From NCBI GenBank assembly GCA_020536535.1, contig JAHLWZ010000492.1, positions 1 to 49,336 on the forward strand: a stretch of DNA of 49,336 nt, written 5' to 3'. Below are positions 23,359 to 36,179 of this stretch, piece by piece (the stretch's first letter is position 1; each line of letters starts with the position of its first letter). The position numbers were made by a program, and so were the translations under genes. Under the pieces are notes generated by a model that was given only the letters and a program-made list of their open reading frames with translations, was not told the origin of the DNA and made no database searches. The stretch comes from Pelomyxa schiedti (taxonomy: Eukaryota > Protista > Evosea).

Positions 23359-26300
23359 CTACGGTATCACTTGCCTTTGTTTTGTGATTGTTTCTTTGAG
23401 GTGGGACCTTGCCACCCAGCCACACAATCTCCCTTCCTTGGTGACAAACACCGAGGGCAGCTGGAAGTTCACAAGGGTCAAGTGCACATGACTGAGGCGT
23501 GTGCTGTGAACCACTGGGTGTGTTTTCTCCATTTCCAGCGGGATTCGCCACAGTGGAGTGCCGATATCCACTGGGTCACTTGGTGTTGTTGCTGCCGGTG
23601 TTGTTTCTGTGTGGGGAGCTGTGGTGGATGTGAGTGGTGGGAGATTGGCGCACAGTTCCTTGGCCGATTGGAGCTCCTGCCGGTACTGCTGCCGAAGCTT
23701 TTCTTGTCCTACTTGGCCAACCAACAACATATCTGTGGTGACCATTAGGCAATTGGGGATAATGGTGCTCTTGTTTGGAATTTTGGAAGGGGTTCGAACC
23801 TTTTCTGTTATTCACAACTGCAACTTCTGTATTCTCTGGGGGATGGTTTTCTAGTAAGTTCTCCACTTCTTCGAGTGTTGGATCCACACAAACTGGAATT
23901 ATATCATTACGACAGCATTCCGAAATACAAGACGAAACTGAAAGGTGGCGTTGGGTCCATTGTTTTTTCCACATTAGTTTCTTCATCTTCGTATTGAACA
24001 TCTGGAAGAAAAGGAAGTCCTTGAGCTTGTATGATCGTCTCAAAGATACTGACACTAAGAAGTCTGTGGTTTTTTAGATTTTTAAAAGGAAAATGGACTT
24101 GGCTTTTGTGTTGTAACCTGGAAACAATCACGCTGATGGAGGTTGCCAAGATGATTGGTATAATATAAGTCCCCTGTCTGAAAATAATGAGTGGGGAACA
24201 AGAAGGAAAAAAGGAACTGGTTCTGACCCGGTAAGTTCAATAACTATCATGCAGCTACTGAATGTTCTTGTTACAGCTGCAATATATGCAGAACTACCTT
24301 TTTTCCAGATGCCAATTTTAGGTTTAACGTAACAAGGATTCCACACACATAGAAGTGAAAAAACGGCTGGAGGGATTCCCAAATCCGTGTAAGCCAAGCA
24401 TTCACCAATCATCCGACCTTTTGGGGTTGCTTTGGGTGAGTACTTTGTGTTGTTGGCATAAAGGAAGAGTATGTGACGATACCAAAAATCATTCCTATCA
24501 CGAGGTTGGTCACATAAAGTCCAATTGGTATTCGACAGGAAATGTGGAATGTCTCCAGAACAAACTATGGGAAGGTTAACCAAACCCAAGTTCAAAGAAT
24601 ACGTTGGTGAAGTTACCATGATGGAGAAGAGGATTAGGAGAGCGTAAATCACGTTACCATAAGCGTTCCAGTCTGTGGCTTCGCATGAAGAGCAGTCAGC
24701 AATGTTCTCAGTGAGGAGGTCACGAATCAACGCAAACCTGCTTCTTGTTATAATTTTTTTATGGCAGGAGTTCTATACGGAGATAGTGACATGAACTGTC
24801 CTATTCCGTAAGGAAACGTCACAAGGGAGGTGGCGACAGTAACACTGATAAGGTACAGGATGGGCCAACGAAAAAGAGGGAAGCGCGGAAACGCTCGTTT
24901 CATCTTTCCAATGAAATACGTGATCTTGATAAACACAACCGCCATGAGCCCACAGCAGATTCCCATGAGAAGTGCCAGGATGATCAAAGCAATCTGTGAC
25001 CTTGTCATCTCGTTGAGCAATGGAGAAGAAGAAAAGACACTCTATTCACCCTCTCCTAGCAATGAGGTCAATCTGAAAATCAAAAAACGGACCCCACAGG
25101 TTGGGATTTTTTTCGTAACTTCGAGCTGTTGAGTGAACTCACAAGATATTTAGGAACAACTATACGTACTGGTTGTAAAGCAGCCGGGTCACCGTTGCAG
25201 AGAAGATGGAAGCAACACTGGCAAACCAATAGCTTCTCGTGGAACTGTATGCCGTCACAACCTACAGGCGTCAGTGCAAATCAATTGCTTCAGGTCATCG
25301 GTCAACTTCAATGCAAAAAATAGTGCCCTTTGAAATTTTTTTTTTAAGATTTCCATTGCACAAAGGAATGCAAATTACCCCAATAGGAGTCCCAAAGTGA
25401 GCAGCAATTCCGCAAGCAGCTTTGAATGGTCAACAATGAAAAAGTTAGAACAAGGAAATCATGCCTCCCGCAATCAATAATTGCGTTTTAAGTTCATCAT
25501 TCCTCCCAAGAACTGAAAATGAAATCAGGGAAAAAAGGATAATAAATTAATTCTACCATGGAACGCAGGCAGACGCAACATATTGGACGATATCATTGCT
25601 CCAACTAAAATTTTTGTCAGTGAGTATCACTCATATCAGAGAACCCCCTTACTGTGAACCATGGGGCCTTGTTTCCCAACGTACATTCCTTGAGTAACTT
25701 TAGCATGATAGAATAAAATAGGAACTGGTTCGTACCAGACCCTGCAGCACACGAGAGACCAAGCACTTTTGATACCAAAGTGCGGAAACTCAGGTAATTT
25801 GGCATTGGAACACCAGAGAGTATGGTTTTAATCTGCGAAAGGAATGCTTAATCTTAAATCGATGTGAAGAAGGGAACTTCTGGTATTCCACTCCCTGTTA
25901 CACATGTTTAATCTTTTTGAAGGGGAAAAACTTACGTACCAACAGAAAAAATACTGATAAATTTGGCAATGAAAAAAGCAGCCAAAGAGAGAAAGCTCAT
26001 GTCTGCAAACCACAACATATATTGAACACCCAGCCAAGGCACTGAATCCACTATTTGATAGCGAACTGCAGAAGCGGTAAGTATGTTGGGTTGACGAGGG
26101 GTAACTGCTAACTTTTGTACATCTGTTTGATGAATAGATCCATGGCATAAGAAACGCCAGCAGTGATAACCTGAGGGAGTGATTGTTTGACAACATAAAT
26201 ATCAGCACGTGCAGTGGCAAGTCACATACAGCCATTGATATGAGAAAAAGTAATACAATGTGAATAACACTCTTGTTGTTTTTAAATTCCAGAGTTTCGA

Positions 26301-26867
26301 AACAGCGCTTACGAAGTCTGAGGCAGCGAGACTTCTGCAATGATTATGCCAGAGAGATTTTACACAATGAGTTAAAAATTTCAAACAGAGAAAGGAAAAG
26401 CCCACATGCAGAGTTTCCTGAGGCAGTGAAGCAGGTCCCAAACAAAACGATGGAAAATAGCCAATTTTTCCAGTGATGGAGTTCCTCCCATAACGCCATT
26501 TCTTCGCACTCACACCGGAATCGGGACTGGCATCGGCTGGTGAGTCGCCATCGTCCAGCAGCTCAATAATTTCACCAGCAAGAACAGTCACTTCGGTAGC
26601 ACGCGAGGCCACAAATGACCGGGTGGCAGTGACGAGGTCTGAGCCCCGAGGTGTCGCGCCACGAGGAGTGCCAGCGGCTTCACCGGCCGTGGCAGATCTG
26701 GCACCGCCGTCGAGTTTTGACTGCTCAGCCGTCGTGTCGGCTTGTGTCGTACTAGCAGTCGCGGACGGAGCCGCGCCCTCCTTCCCTTGGATCTTCACCA
26801 GAGATGTCATCTCTATTCCGCCGTCGCTGTCCTCCCCACAGCTCATCTCCCCGCTAATCCGGTCCAT
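23359..26867 (-). CDS. CLC-family chloride channel with N-terminal SH3 domain and C-terminal CBS pair
   Basis: SH3-like segment VTATRSFVASRATEVTVLAGEIIELL...WRYGRNSITGKIGYFPSFCL. CLC motifs: GSGIPE (~25878-25895), YLSFRTLVSKVLGLSCAAGSG, GKQGPMVH, FGTPIGGTIFCIEV, AAVTRTFSSCMIVIELTG, SIFETIIQAQGLPFLP. CBS-like segment VFVTKEGRLCGWV. Confidence 0.9.
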
Positions 26868-27589
26868 CTTGCTTTCTTTTGGTTTTTGTTTTCAACCGTT
26901 CAGGTTAGTCGTTGTGAGAGTGGCCACAACCTCGGTCTGGGAAATCACGGGATTTCCCTATTTGACTGCCATATCCAGTTGTTTATAGAAGCATCAAGGC
27001 CTTCTACGCATAACTGGATGAATCTTAGAGTTTCCCTGGTGAGTAAATCAGGAGAGAATGTGACTTGCTTGGGCAGTACTATGCAACCTCTTGCTCTGAT
27101 CCTGTCACACAACTCTTTTCTGATTCTCCAGACTCGATTTCTGGCCTCAACAACTTGGGTACAAACCAGGTTTGTTGTTGTTTCCGACAACAAACGCCAA
27201 GGCACGCGTTGCGTGGCTTTTTGTCGCATCGCACCACCAGAACAAACAAGTCGGCTGAGATCCATATGTACTGTTTACCTAGATGCACATGGATCCCGGC
27301 TTTTTTTTTTTTTTTTTTCAACCAACGATTGGACCGTTCATTTTCCGTAAGTCTCCATTATTGTTGGTTACGTAATGTTAAGTCTGTCGTAACTTGTTTA
27401 CAGTCACAACAAGTAGTTTCAACAAACTTCGTCCGCAACTTGTGATTTTGTGGTGATACACGCAACAGCGCGACAACAAAGGAAGACTAGTTTGCGTTGG
27501 TTGACACTAAACAGCAGCGATGAAGAAAGTTCTTGGAAAGGTGTTTTCGAGCGTTGACAGGCCGGGAGAGGAGACAAGGCTCCCCCACG

Positions 27590-29590
27590 ATGTCTGTGAA
27601 GCAACTGCCACTTCTGGAAGGCATGCTAATCTTAGATTCAGTTTATATTTAATGTTTGTTATCTTTGCTAACTGCTCTTCTTAGGAGCCCCCTGGAACAG
27701 AAGGAAGAACTGCTGGGCAAGGCTGAAATGTTGGAACAACAAAGGGAACAGCTTTTGTCTCAGAAAGAGCGTGAACTTCAAGCTTCGGAGTAATTGCCAT
27801 CTCTCAGATTGAGTAGCGTGCATATTTATGTTATAATCGCCGCAAGGAGACTCACTTCGTGTACACAGTATTGAGAAAAACAGGGAGATTCAACAACTTC
27901 GTACTCGATTGGATGAGACTCGCAGGTTGCATGAGCAAGCCCGTCAAAGAGGTTCATCCCTGCAATAATCTTAGAAAATTCCTAAATTCTACTCTTAGAG
28001 AGTGCAATTGCTTCAGAACTGGAGAGGCTTAAGAGAGACCTGGCCAACTCTGTTGCTGAAGCGAGGCGACGCAAGGAAGCTCTGTGCCGTGACATTCCAG
28101 CAAGGAGGCAACAACAAGACCGTGATTTCCAGCAAGAAGCGGCTGATTGGAGGCGTGCAGAAGCTGAGAGGCTCGAGAGGGAGCACAGAGCAAGGCTGGC
28201 TGCACGTGAGGAGGAGGAACGCCGAAGGATGGCTGAAATCGAAGCAACGAGGAGGGCAGAGGATGAGGCCATTGAGAGGGAAGGTTCCCTTCAAAGTGGT
28301 CCACAACAAGATAGAATCGCTATGCTGGAGCGAGAGCTCGTGGAAGCATCAAGGGCAAGCAAAGACGCCGAAAATGAAGCAAAGAGAACTGAGAATCAAA
28401 TCCTGTGCATCGAAGAACAAAATAAACGCGCCGCTGCTGAAGCTGTTCAAGCCCTGGAACAAGAGGCAAAGCGCCTTGCAGCAGCAGAAAAAGCTGCCAT
28501 GGCCGGAGCTCAAGAAGCGGAAGCCAAGGGTGAAAGAGAAGCAGTGGAGCGAGAACAAAGTGAATTGCAGCGCATGCGTGAGGCTGAGGCTAGGAGGCAC
28601 GCTGAAGAGGAGAAAAACTTGCAGTATGTTTGTCACAACAATGATAATTGCATTAACCAGTTGATGAAGGCAACAACTTGGAAATCTCAGTCTTCAGGAG
28701 AGGGAAGTTGCTGAAGCTGAGCTGAGGAAGAGGCGTGAAAAAGAAATGGAATGTAAAGAAGCCAGGCGCATTCCAGCCCATCCTGTAGTGCGAACCACTG
28801 CTCCCATATCAGAGTGCTCAGTAACAACAACTGGTGTTCAAGCTTCCTCTGTCACAGGAACAACCCAACAAGGGATTCCAGAAGGGTCTATGGTTACGCA
28901 AGCTCCTCAGATATCCCCGACAACCCGAGATACTACAGGTGGAATTTCTGGAATTTCAACTCAGGGAGAAGTGTCTCACCACCATCCAAATGTAATTGAG
29001 CCAGGAGTTGGACCTGTCACTGAAACATCAGGGTTTGCTCATCCCGTAGCGGAACAACCTGGTGGCACAATCACAGAACCAGCCCGTTACCCATCAACAT
29101 CCCCGGGAAAAGTACTTGGAAGTAGCAGGCCAGAGCATTCCGCATATGATATTCATCCAAACGATCTTGCTGAGTACCAGCGCGACTTTGTAAATGCGGA
29201 TCTGAACAAAGATGGCTTCATCAACTGTATGCATTTTCTTAACGTGCACCTGTCTTAACTCCAAACAGTCAAGGAACTTGAGGAATATGCATTCAGCAGG
29301 CACACTGTCCCAGCAGACGTCAGGCACAACATTTGGTGTGACATTTACACTTATCCCCACAAGATAGCTCTTTCATAATCTCTTTCCACGACAGGAAGTT
29401 GGCTGACAAGAACGGAGATGATAAACTTGACCAAAATGAGTTCGCCACTGCCATGCATCTCCTTAAAGAGTTTGTTTCTCCATTAAACACATGAAACTCA
29501 CTCGTTCTGTAGATGGAAGTCCAATGTGCCTTTGCCTGGAATGTCAACCCATTTTGCACATTCACACACCTAGGGGAATCAGACTTCTGA
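27590..29590 (+). CDS. Coiled-coil protein with C-terminal EH (EF-hand) domain
   Basis: E/R/A/Q-rich heptad exons (27686-28750), then YDIHPNDLAEYQRDFVNADLNKDGFIN and LADKNGDDKLDQNEFATAMHLL, matching the EH-domain signature. Ends are approximate. Confidence 0.75.
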
Positions 29591-29714
29591 CTGAGTGATT
29601 GTTGTTTATGTTATCCACCCATAGAATTGAAATTTAAGGAAAGAAAGATTTCTGCTTTTCTCTTTGAAATACCCAACCAAAATCTTTTTTTTTGTGCAAA
29701 TGATACAAAAAGGA

Positions 29715-31453
29715 TCAACAGTTGAGGTTCATATCTACAACGTTGTTGGTGCCTCCAAAGGCATTCGAGTCGGAATTATCAGCACAAACGTTGCTGGTTG
29801 CAACATACTGTGTGGCAAAAAAAGTCAGCCAAGGAAGAAGAAATGGAACTAACATTTGAACCGGAAAGGTTCATGGCAATCCCGTTGGTATAGAATCTGT
29901 TGCCGCTGATGATGTACTGGCTGACGGAATCATTGGGCACCCAAACCTATAGGAACAGTTAGCATGAAGAAGACACTGTATTTGGAGGCACACCGCGTGG
30001 CCTTTGTTGTTCCTGATTTGCACGCCGTTCAGAACAAAGGAACCAGCGTTCACTGTAATACCATTGCACTTGGATTCGGAAAGGCACTGAGTGCTGGTGT
30101 ACGATGTCAAGTATACCCCACCATTGAAAATCGTCCCTCCAACAATGTCAATCAATGCACCAGAGTGACCTGGTTCCACCCAGATCTAGGTGATTTTTAG
30201 CATGGTAGAAATTCACAAGGTTTGCAAACTTGGTCATTGTCTGATGATGCGGCCCAACACCCAGCGATAGACACATATCTAATGCTGTTGTCAGAGAAGA
30301 AATGTAAGGGGCAACAAACGAGTCATCCATAACTGCCAACCCTCTTCCACAAGAATCAAGGGTGGCATGTGAGAGAAATATTTCTCTGTTTGAGCCGTGA
30401 CCATTCGTGGAGTCCAACTGAATGGCTACAGAAATGTAAGGAAAAAGAGAATTATGAGGGTAGCACCAGTCTGCAACGCAATAACGTCAGTGGAATCAAT
30501 GTGTACACCACCATTGTTCCCTGTGCATTGGATACCAATACTACCATCATTCCTCATTGCTTGGTATTCTTTAAAGATACTACCAAAACGAAGAGATACA
30601 TACCTTTTCCAATCACTCTCCCACCTAGAATTCTAACTTCAGATCCCCAGCCAATTTCGTAGCCAGTCCCAGAAATTTCCCAAAGGAGATTCTGGTATTA
30701 ATGTGACACTGTGTCAGATACAGTATGGCATCGCACCTGGTGAAATACAACTGTATCGGTAACACCTTCAGAGCGGAACCCAGATCCAGGGCAATGGTCC
30801 ACATCATTTTCATTGGTGATATGTATGTCTGCAAAAGAAATTCACCACAAGATTGAGGGTGCAATGCCTACAAGAAAACGATGACTGTGTAACGCCTAAA
30901 GGGAAATAGAAAGCAGTGCTTTCCGGTGTTTTGTATGTGGTTGATAAAACCTCAAGGTTGGAGACAGTAACCTCGGCCGCAGTTTGTGGCCACCTGGTTT
31001 TTGTGGTTGGTTGGCTTTTTAAGAGCAGGGGAGTCGCTTACTGGAATAAATGCGAATCAGCCTCCCACATAATGACTGAGACCAAGCCTTCTCCCATAAG
31101 AGAGTGAGCACTCCCGCTATTGAAAGTGACAGTTTTCGTTATCCTGTATGACCCAGCTGGGTGCGTGTTTATTTTGTGTGGGTCACAGCGACGAAACTAC
31201 AAGTTGGAAGTCTCAACCTGGAACGTAAATTGTACCCCCGCAAACGAGGGCCAAGTTGACGCACGCCTGGATAGACGCAGTATCGTCAGTCACGCCGTCG
31301 CCTTTTTACAACCAGATCAAAAAGGAAAACAAAAGTTACAGACACACACACCAGCGGCACCACAGCTCAGCCTCACGTTGAATGTGCAATTATTTGCCGA
31401 CGAAGAAACGACCAGCACCACAACAATAAAAACCGGCACCAACCCAAGTTCAT
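29715..31453 (-). CDS. Secreted pectate-lyase-3/pectin-lyase-fold parallel beta-helix protein
   Basis: Manual splicing gives hydrophobic FIVVVLVVSSSA, then [48 protein letters not shown]...LMGEG (the canonical GAxGDGxTDDT...PxGxY N-terminus). Gly/Asn/Ile beta-helix repeats follow, ending ...NNVVDMNLNC*. The ATG is 1 nt out of frame at the A5 run 31428-31432. Confidence 0.8.
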
Positions 31454-31509
31454 GTTCATTTTTCGGTATTCAAAGGTCATCAGCACCGACAATTTTTGTT
31501 CTCCGAAGA

Positions 31510-32957
31510 ATGGACTGGCGTGGTCTCGCCGTTCAACTTCGGCAGCTGCGTGCCGACCAACAACAACACGAGGACACCGCGGCGGTTGCGAGCGGCGGGG
31601 GGCCGTGGTGCCCGGCGATTATGGGACAGGGACGGGACCGGCGCGGGCTGGCGCCAGGGGTGTGGTACGCCGCCCCGCTTGTCGCCCACAACCAATTCGC
31701 GTCCTTGTTGTTGTCCTGCCACCCACGATGTGGCATCCTCAGCCCCGCTCGTTGCCTCTCTTCATCGTCGTTGTCGTCGCCCTTGCCATCAGAACCGCCT
31801 TCGTCGGCCTCGTCGTCATCTTCCACGTCGTGGCTGCTTTGGATGATGTGGGATTCGTGGGTCGTTGGGGTTACAAAGTGGTTCCACGTTCACGTCACCA
31901 GCCAGGAAGACTACGGCGTCCTGGCATTTGGCGTGTCGACGACGCTTCTCGGCCTAGTCGGCGCCGTCAAGTGGGCCGGCCCCGACGCCGCAATCGAAAT
32001 ATGGGACAGGAACAGGCCGAGGCACGCCAAAGTTGTGGGATGCGCGGGCAAGTCGGGGCACCCCCGGGGCACAGTGTTTGCGCTCAAAACAAAAAACGAC
32101 GAGGAGGAGGGGAATGGGATGAGCCTTATGGGTGGAGTGGATGATCTGCACATCAAAAATTGTGAGTGCTGGGACAATGACCGGTGGTGGGTGCAGTTCC
32201 CTTGTGCCAATAAGATGGTGATACTGAACACGGCGGATTCTGTTGGGGAGATTCGGGAGATAAGGAGGAGGAAGCGGAGGAGGACGCGGGAGGAAGGACA
32301 TTGTGGGAGCGGGGAGTGTGTGAGTGTGGCTGTTGTTCCGATTCCTTTTGATGGGGATTGTGTCACTCTGGTGTTCTTCAACAAGGTCGAGAGGGATGAG
32401 GCTGCTGTTGTTGTTCAGAGCCAATTTGCTGGTTCCGAAGTGATTGTATTCAATATTGCGGATTCCTTCTTTTCGGGGAATTTCACACTGTTGAGCTCCA
32501 CACAGTGCCTGGCGTGGCAATCTGGAACTGGTGTGTTCTCTGCACTCCTTTTCCCAAAGAAAAACACTGGCTCTCGGGTCTTCATTTGCCGTGGAAAGAA
32601 GAACCTAGCAGAGGGGAAGTTCTTGCTGAGATCGAGGAAACAACCGGCGATTGGAGAGTCATCACAACTATGCAAAACCCATGGCATCTTTCACATCTTG
32701 GTGGGTCACTGTTCTGTTGCTCTGACAGATGGTGCTACGAAATTTGGGATGTCAACAACATAGAATCTGCTGTGTGTAAAAGGCGGCACAAATGCGGGGC
32801 TGGGATGACTTGGGCAATTGGTGGTCTTCTCCTTCATGATTCTAGAAATACACCCTTGGTTGCTATCACGGAGCCACTCTCTGGTCTCTGTGTTCTTCAA
32901 ATCAGGTTCGACATGTGGAAAGACACTGAAATTGGAGCTGAAATCTTTCACTTGTAG
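31510..32957 (+). CDS. Intronless hypothetical protein of a lineage-expanded family (likely beta-rich); internal frameshift near 32590
   Basis: Starts MDWRGLAV...AHNQFASLLLSCHPRCGILSPAR...LWMMWDSWVV. The C-terminus continues in another frame (ORF 32505-32957: EIEETTG...LSHLGGSLFCC...YEIWDVNN). It resembles, from memory, a repeated Pelomyxa family (unverified). Confidence 0.55.
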
Positions 32958-33129
32958 CGGCTTATGTGACAGAGAACAACCCTCTTAGACATTTGAAGCA
33001 AAGAAACGAACTACACTCTGAAGTGCTTCCAGTTTGAACATAAATGAACCTTATGGAAGGAAATTTTGGTTTTTTTATTATTATTCCTTCTGTCAGTTTT
33101 CGGTTGGGAGTTGTTGAAACTCCCAAGAA

Positions 33130-36100
33130 TCAGTGTCCATGTGCCATGTTTTTAAGCTGTGTGAAAGTCGTCCGGGCTGTTGGTCGCCGGGCTGGATCTG
33201 TGTCCACACATTTCATTATCAAATCCACAAGCTGGGCCTGGGTGCCTGATGGTATCAGCGAGTGTATGTCCTCATTTGCTCTTAAGCGGATAAGCTCTGG
33301 CTTGGGAATCATCTCAGCCAACATTATTCCAAAAGCAAATATATCGATACTGTTGGTGAATGGCTTGTGTGCAACTACTTCTGGGGCAAAGTATCCAAGA
33401 TGATCCACAGTTGTGCCCAACACAGGGGAGGGTGTTGTAGCGTCAACAACAGAGAAATCGGCAACCACTACTTGAGCTATCTTCTCGCCTTCTATTTTCA
33501 CCAGGATATTCTCTAACTTGATGTCACGGTGGATTAGACCGCGGCTGTGGATGTGCTTTATGCCATGGATGATGTGCCTGGCATAATGGAGAATATTTGG
33601 GAGTGAAAGTTGGGCGATGTTTTTCGCCAGATACACTCCAAGGGAGCAACTTAGCAGTGGGTATGTTAGGCACAACTTGTTTTCTTGTTTGAAAAGCAAC
33701 AGGAACTTGAGAACATCCCTAGAGGAGTGGCTGGCGACCAGTGTGGTGCTATAGAATACTTCCTCAAAGCCTCTCTGGTCGTCTTCAATGGAAGCTTCAG
33801 GATCCATTACCTTAATTGCCACTTGCTGACCACACCATTCAGCCTTGTAAACACTGGAACAACATCCCCTTCCAATTTGAAAGCCTGGGGAGAAGTCAAC
33901 CTGGGGTGGAGTTTTGCTGTCAATGATGTTCCCGGTTAGCCAGGTATCCGCAATGATATTACCGAATGCACGGTGCAAAGCCCTCCACTGGTCCACAGTA
34001 GACTCACTTACGCATCTGCGCATTAAATTCTTTTGCACTGCCTGTTGGTGTAATGTAGTCCGGTATCCTTCGAATAACTGCTCCACACTGTTTAGTCTTT
34101 CCTGTAGCCACTGCTTCCAGGTAACTGTTTTGATCAGGGAGGTTAGAATATTTGCTGCTAATTCTCTTTTAAACTCTCCATTGACACGTTTGGTTCTCGA
34201 GTATATTTGTGAAGCTGTAGCAGTGATAAGCCCTGTAAGTAATAAGGGTGGACCTAAAACCACGAGAAAAATCGTTGCAAATCCAGCCAACATCATGGCG
34301 CCCCCAATATATATCATGTTATCCTTGGAGAAGAAATCGCGCTTTCGAGCCTGATTGAAGAAGTCTCTCATCAGGCCATCCTCCAAATTGTTGAACTTTT
34401 TTGTGCACTCGTCAACTGAAGCACGTATCTCACTATCAATCTCTATGCCAACTGGTATAGTTACATTCTCGTTGATCCAGCCTATAAGGTCCTCAATGAT
34501 GGCAGATTCAGCTTTGCTTCTGCATTCCGACAAAGTATGGTTATCATACTGGGTGGTAATTTGTTCCGCATAGGAAAGATACTCCTCTTTTACTTCCTTC
34601 AGCTTTTTTTTCAGGTGTTCCGGAAAGGATGTCACACGCGCCATAATTCCTGCCTTCAGGGACTCCTTACTCTCGACAAGCTTCTGATCCAGCTCAGCGG
34701 CTTTTCTTCTTATTTCTTCTTCTGTATATGCTTGTATATGGTGGAAGTTAAAAAAGAAACAGCCACATGCACTAGAGATCTGCTGAAGACCCAGTTGACA
34801 GCGCCTAAGTTGACCAACAACAACCCAGTGCACAAACCTGTTTATAAAAAGTCCAAAGGTAAACTGACTTTCCTCCTCACTGTTTTCTACAAAATCTGTA
34901 GCACTAACACAGCAGAAAGAGGTGCACTCCTGGAACTTTGCAGGGAGGTCAAACTGACTTGATGCCGTTGTTCTGAGCCTCCCCAGGCACTCCTGATTAT
35001 ATTGCTCAATGTCTCCTTTGCTCAGTGGTGGGTCCTCTTTGGTTCTTTTCCAGGCCCTTTTTATGGTTGACATGTCGGCCTTGGTGTTGGCAAAAAAAAA
35101 GTCTGGTAGATCTCCATTTCTATATGCAAGGCCAGTAATTAGTTCTTGCATTTGCTTGAAGGCGTGATCTTCTCCTGCCTCGATTGCACCAGCTTTATTA
35201 AAGCAGAAAACGATGCCGTGTGGGCGATACAGAGATAGAAAGCTTTTAATAAAGGGGAAAACTATTCTTCCGTAGGTATCCCTTGAAGCAGCACCTGCTA
35301 GATCTACAACCTCAAGACCAGCTTCAAGCAGTGGAATTGGGTATTCAATAACAATGACTGTTGTCAACCACTTTTCTGTGGGGAAAAAAAAATCAGTGTT
35401 GCAAGAGAAAGCATCATCGCACCTTGAGCTTCTGACATGGAACCGCGCGCAAGGTAGTGCTTCAGAATAACACCTGATAGTGTAGTATGCATACTTAAGT
35501 CCTCGAGTTTTGTCTTTTTGAAGCCACCATCAACAATTTCCCAAGAGGATACGCAAGCATTCACGAGAGGTGTGTACTTCAAGACACATACTCGCGCGGT
35601 GGTGTGAATTTCTCCTATTGGGAGTAATTCACTGTGTTTTCCTTCCATACTCAACAGGGTATTTATCAGGTATGATTTCCCTGTGGAGCTTTGAGAAAAC
35701 AGAAGAGCTGGCACACGGTACCGCTCCCAGTGGGACCAAAGAATGCTATTCGTGCTGCTTGTTCACTAACAGATACCTTCTCTGTAAAACTGGTTGATGC
35801 CGGGGACATTAGAGCAGTTGCTTGCAAATCGCCTCCCAGTGCAGTTGTATATGTTCGTTGGGCGTCTTTGAAGCTAAAAAAAAGTGAGCAGGTAGCTAAG
35901 TGTAAAGCGCAACAACCTCTGCCAGCACTTCGACACCTCTGGGAAGATGCGTCTATGCAATAGATCGACCGCATTGTAAAGCTTCCTGTGGGGTGGATCG
36001 GACATTACGGAACAGGAGTTGATAAACGATGAAGCCGCCGTGTAAGTCAGTTGTGGCCTTTGGTCCTCCTCAACCAGGTCACGTACATCTAGAGGCAAAG

Positions 36101-36179
36101 GATCCAAACGCACTGGGGGTGGAGGAGGCTCTGAGCTTATGAGTGCAGAGCCCACACCCTTAGTTTCGTTTAGCCCCAT
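33130..36179 (-). CDS. Dynamin-like GTPase fused to a protein kinase (DSTYK-like architecture)
   Basis: G1 GPTGSGKSYLINTLL after removing intron 35681-35721; G2 LLPIGEIHTTARV; G3 GLEVVDLAG; G4 NTKAD. A helical stalk contains the hydrophobic stretch IYIGGAMMLAGFATIFLVVLGPPLLLTGLI. Kinase motifs: IGRGCCSSVY, VAIK, HRDIKLEN, DFS, APE, DIFAFG. Confidence 0.85.

Noticed and set aside
26945-27265. 106-aa minus-strand ORF upstream of the CLC gene
   Set aside because: No recognisable motif; could be a small gene but cannot be supported.
31120-31509. N-terminal extension of the 547-aa ORF
   Set aside because: It starts at TTG and is antisense to the exons of the beta-helix gene; the first ATG is at 31510.
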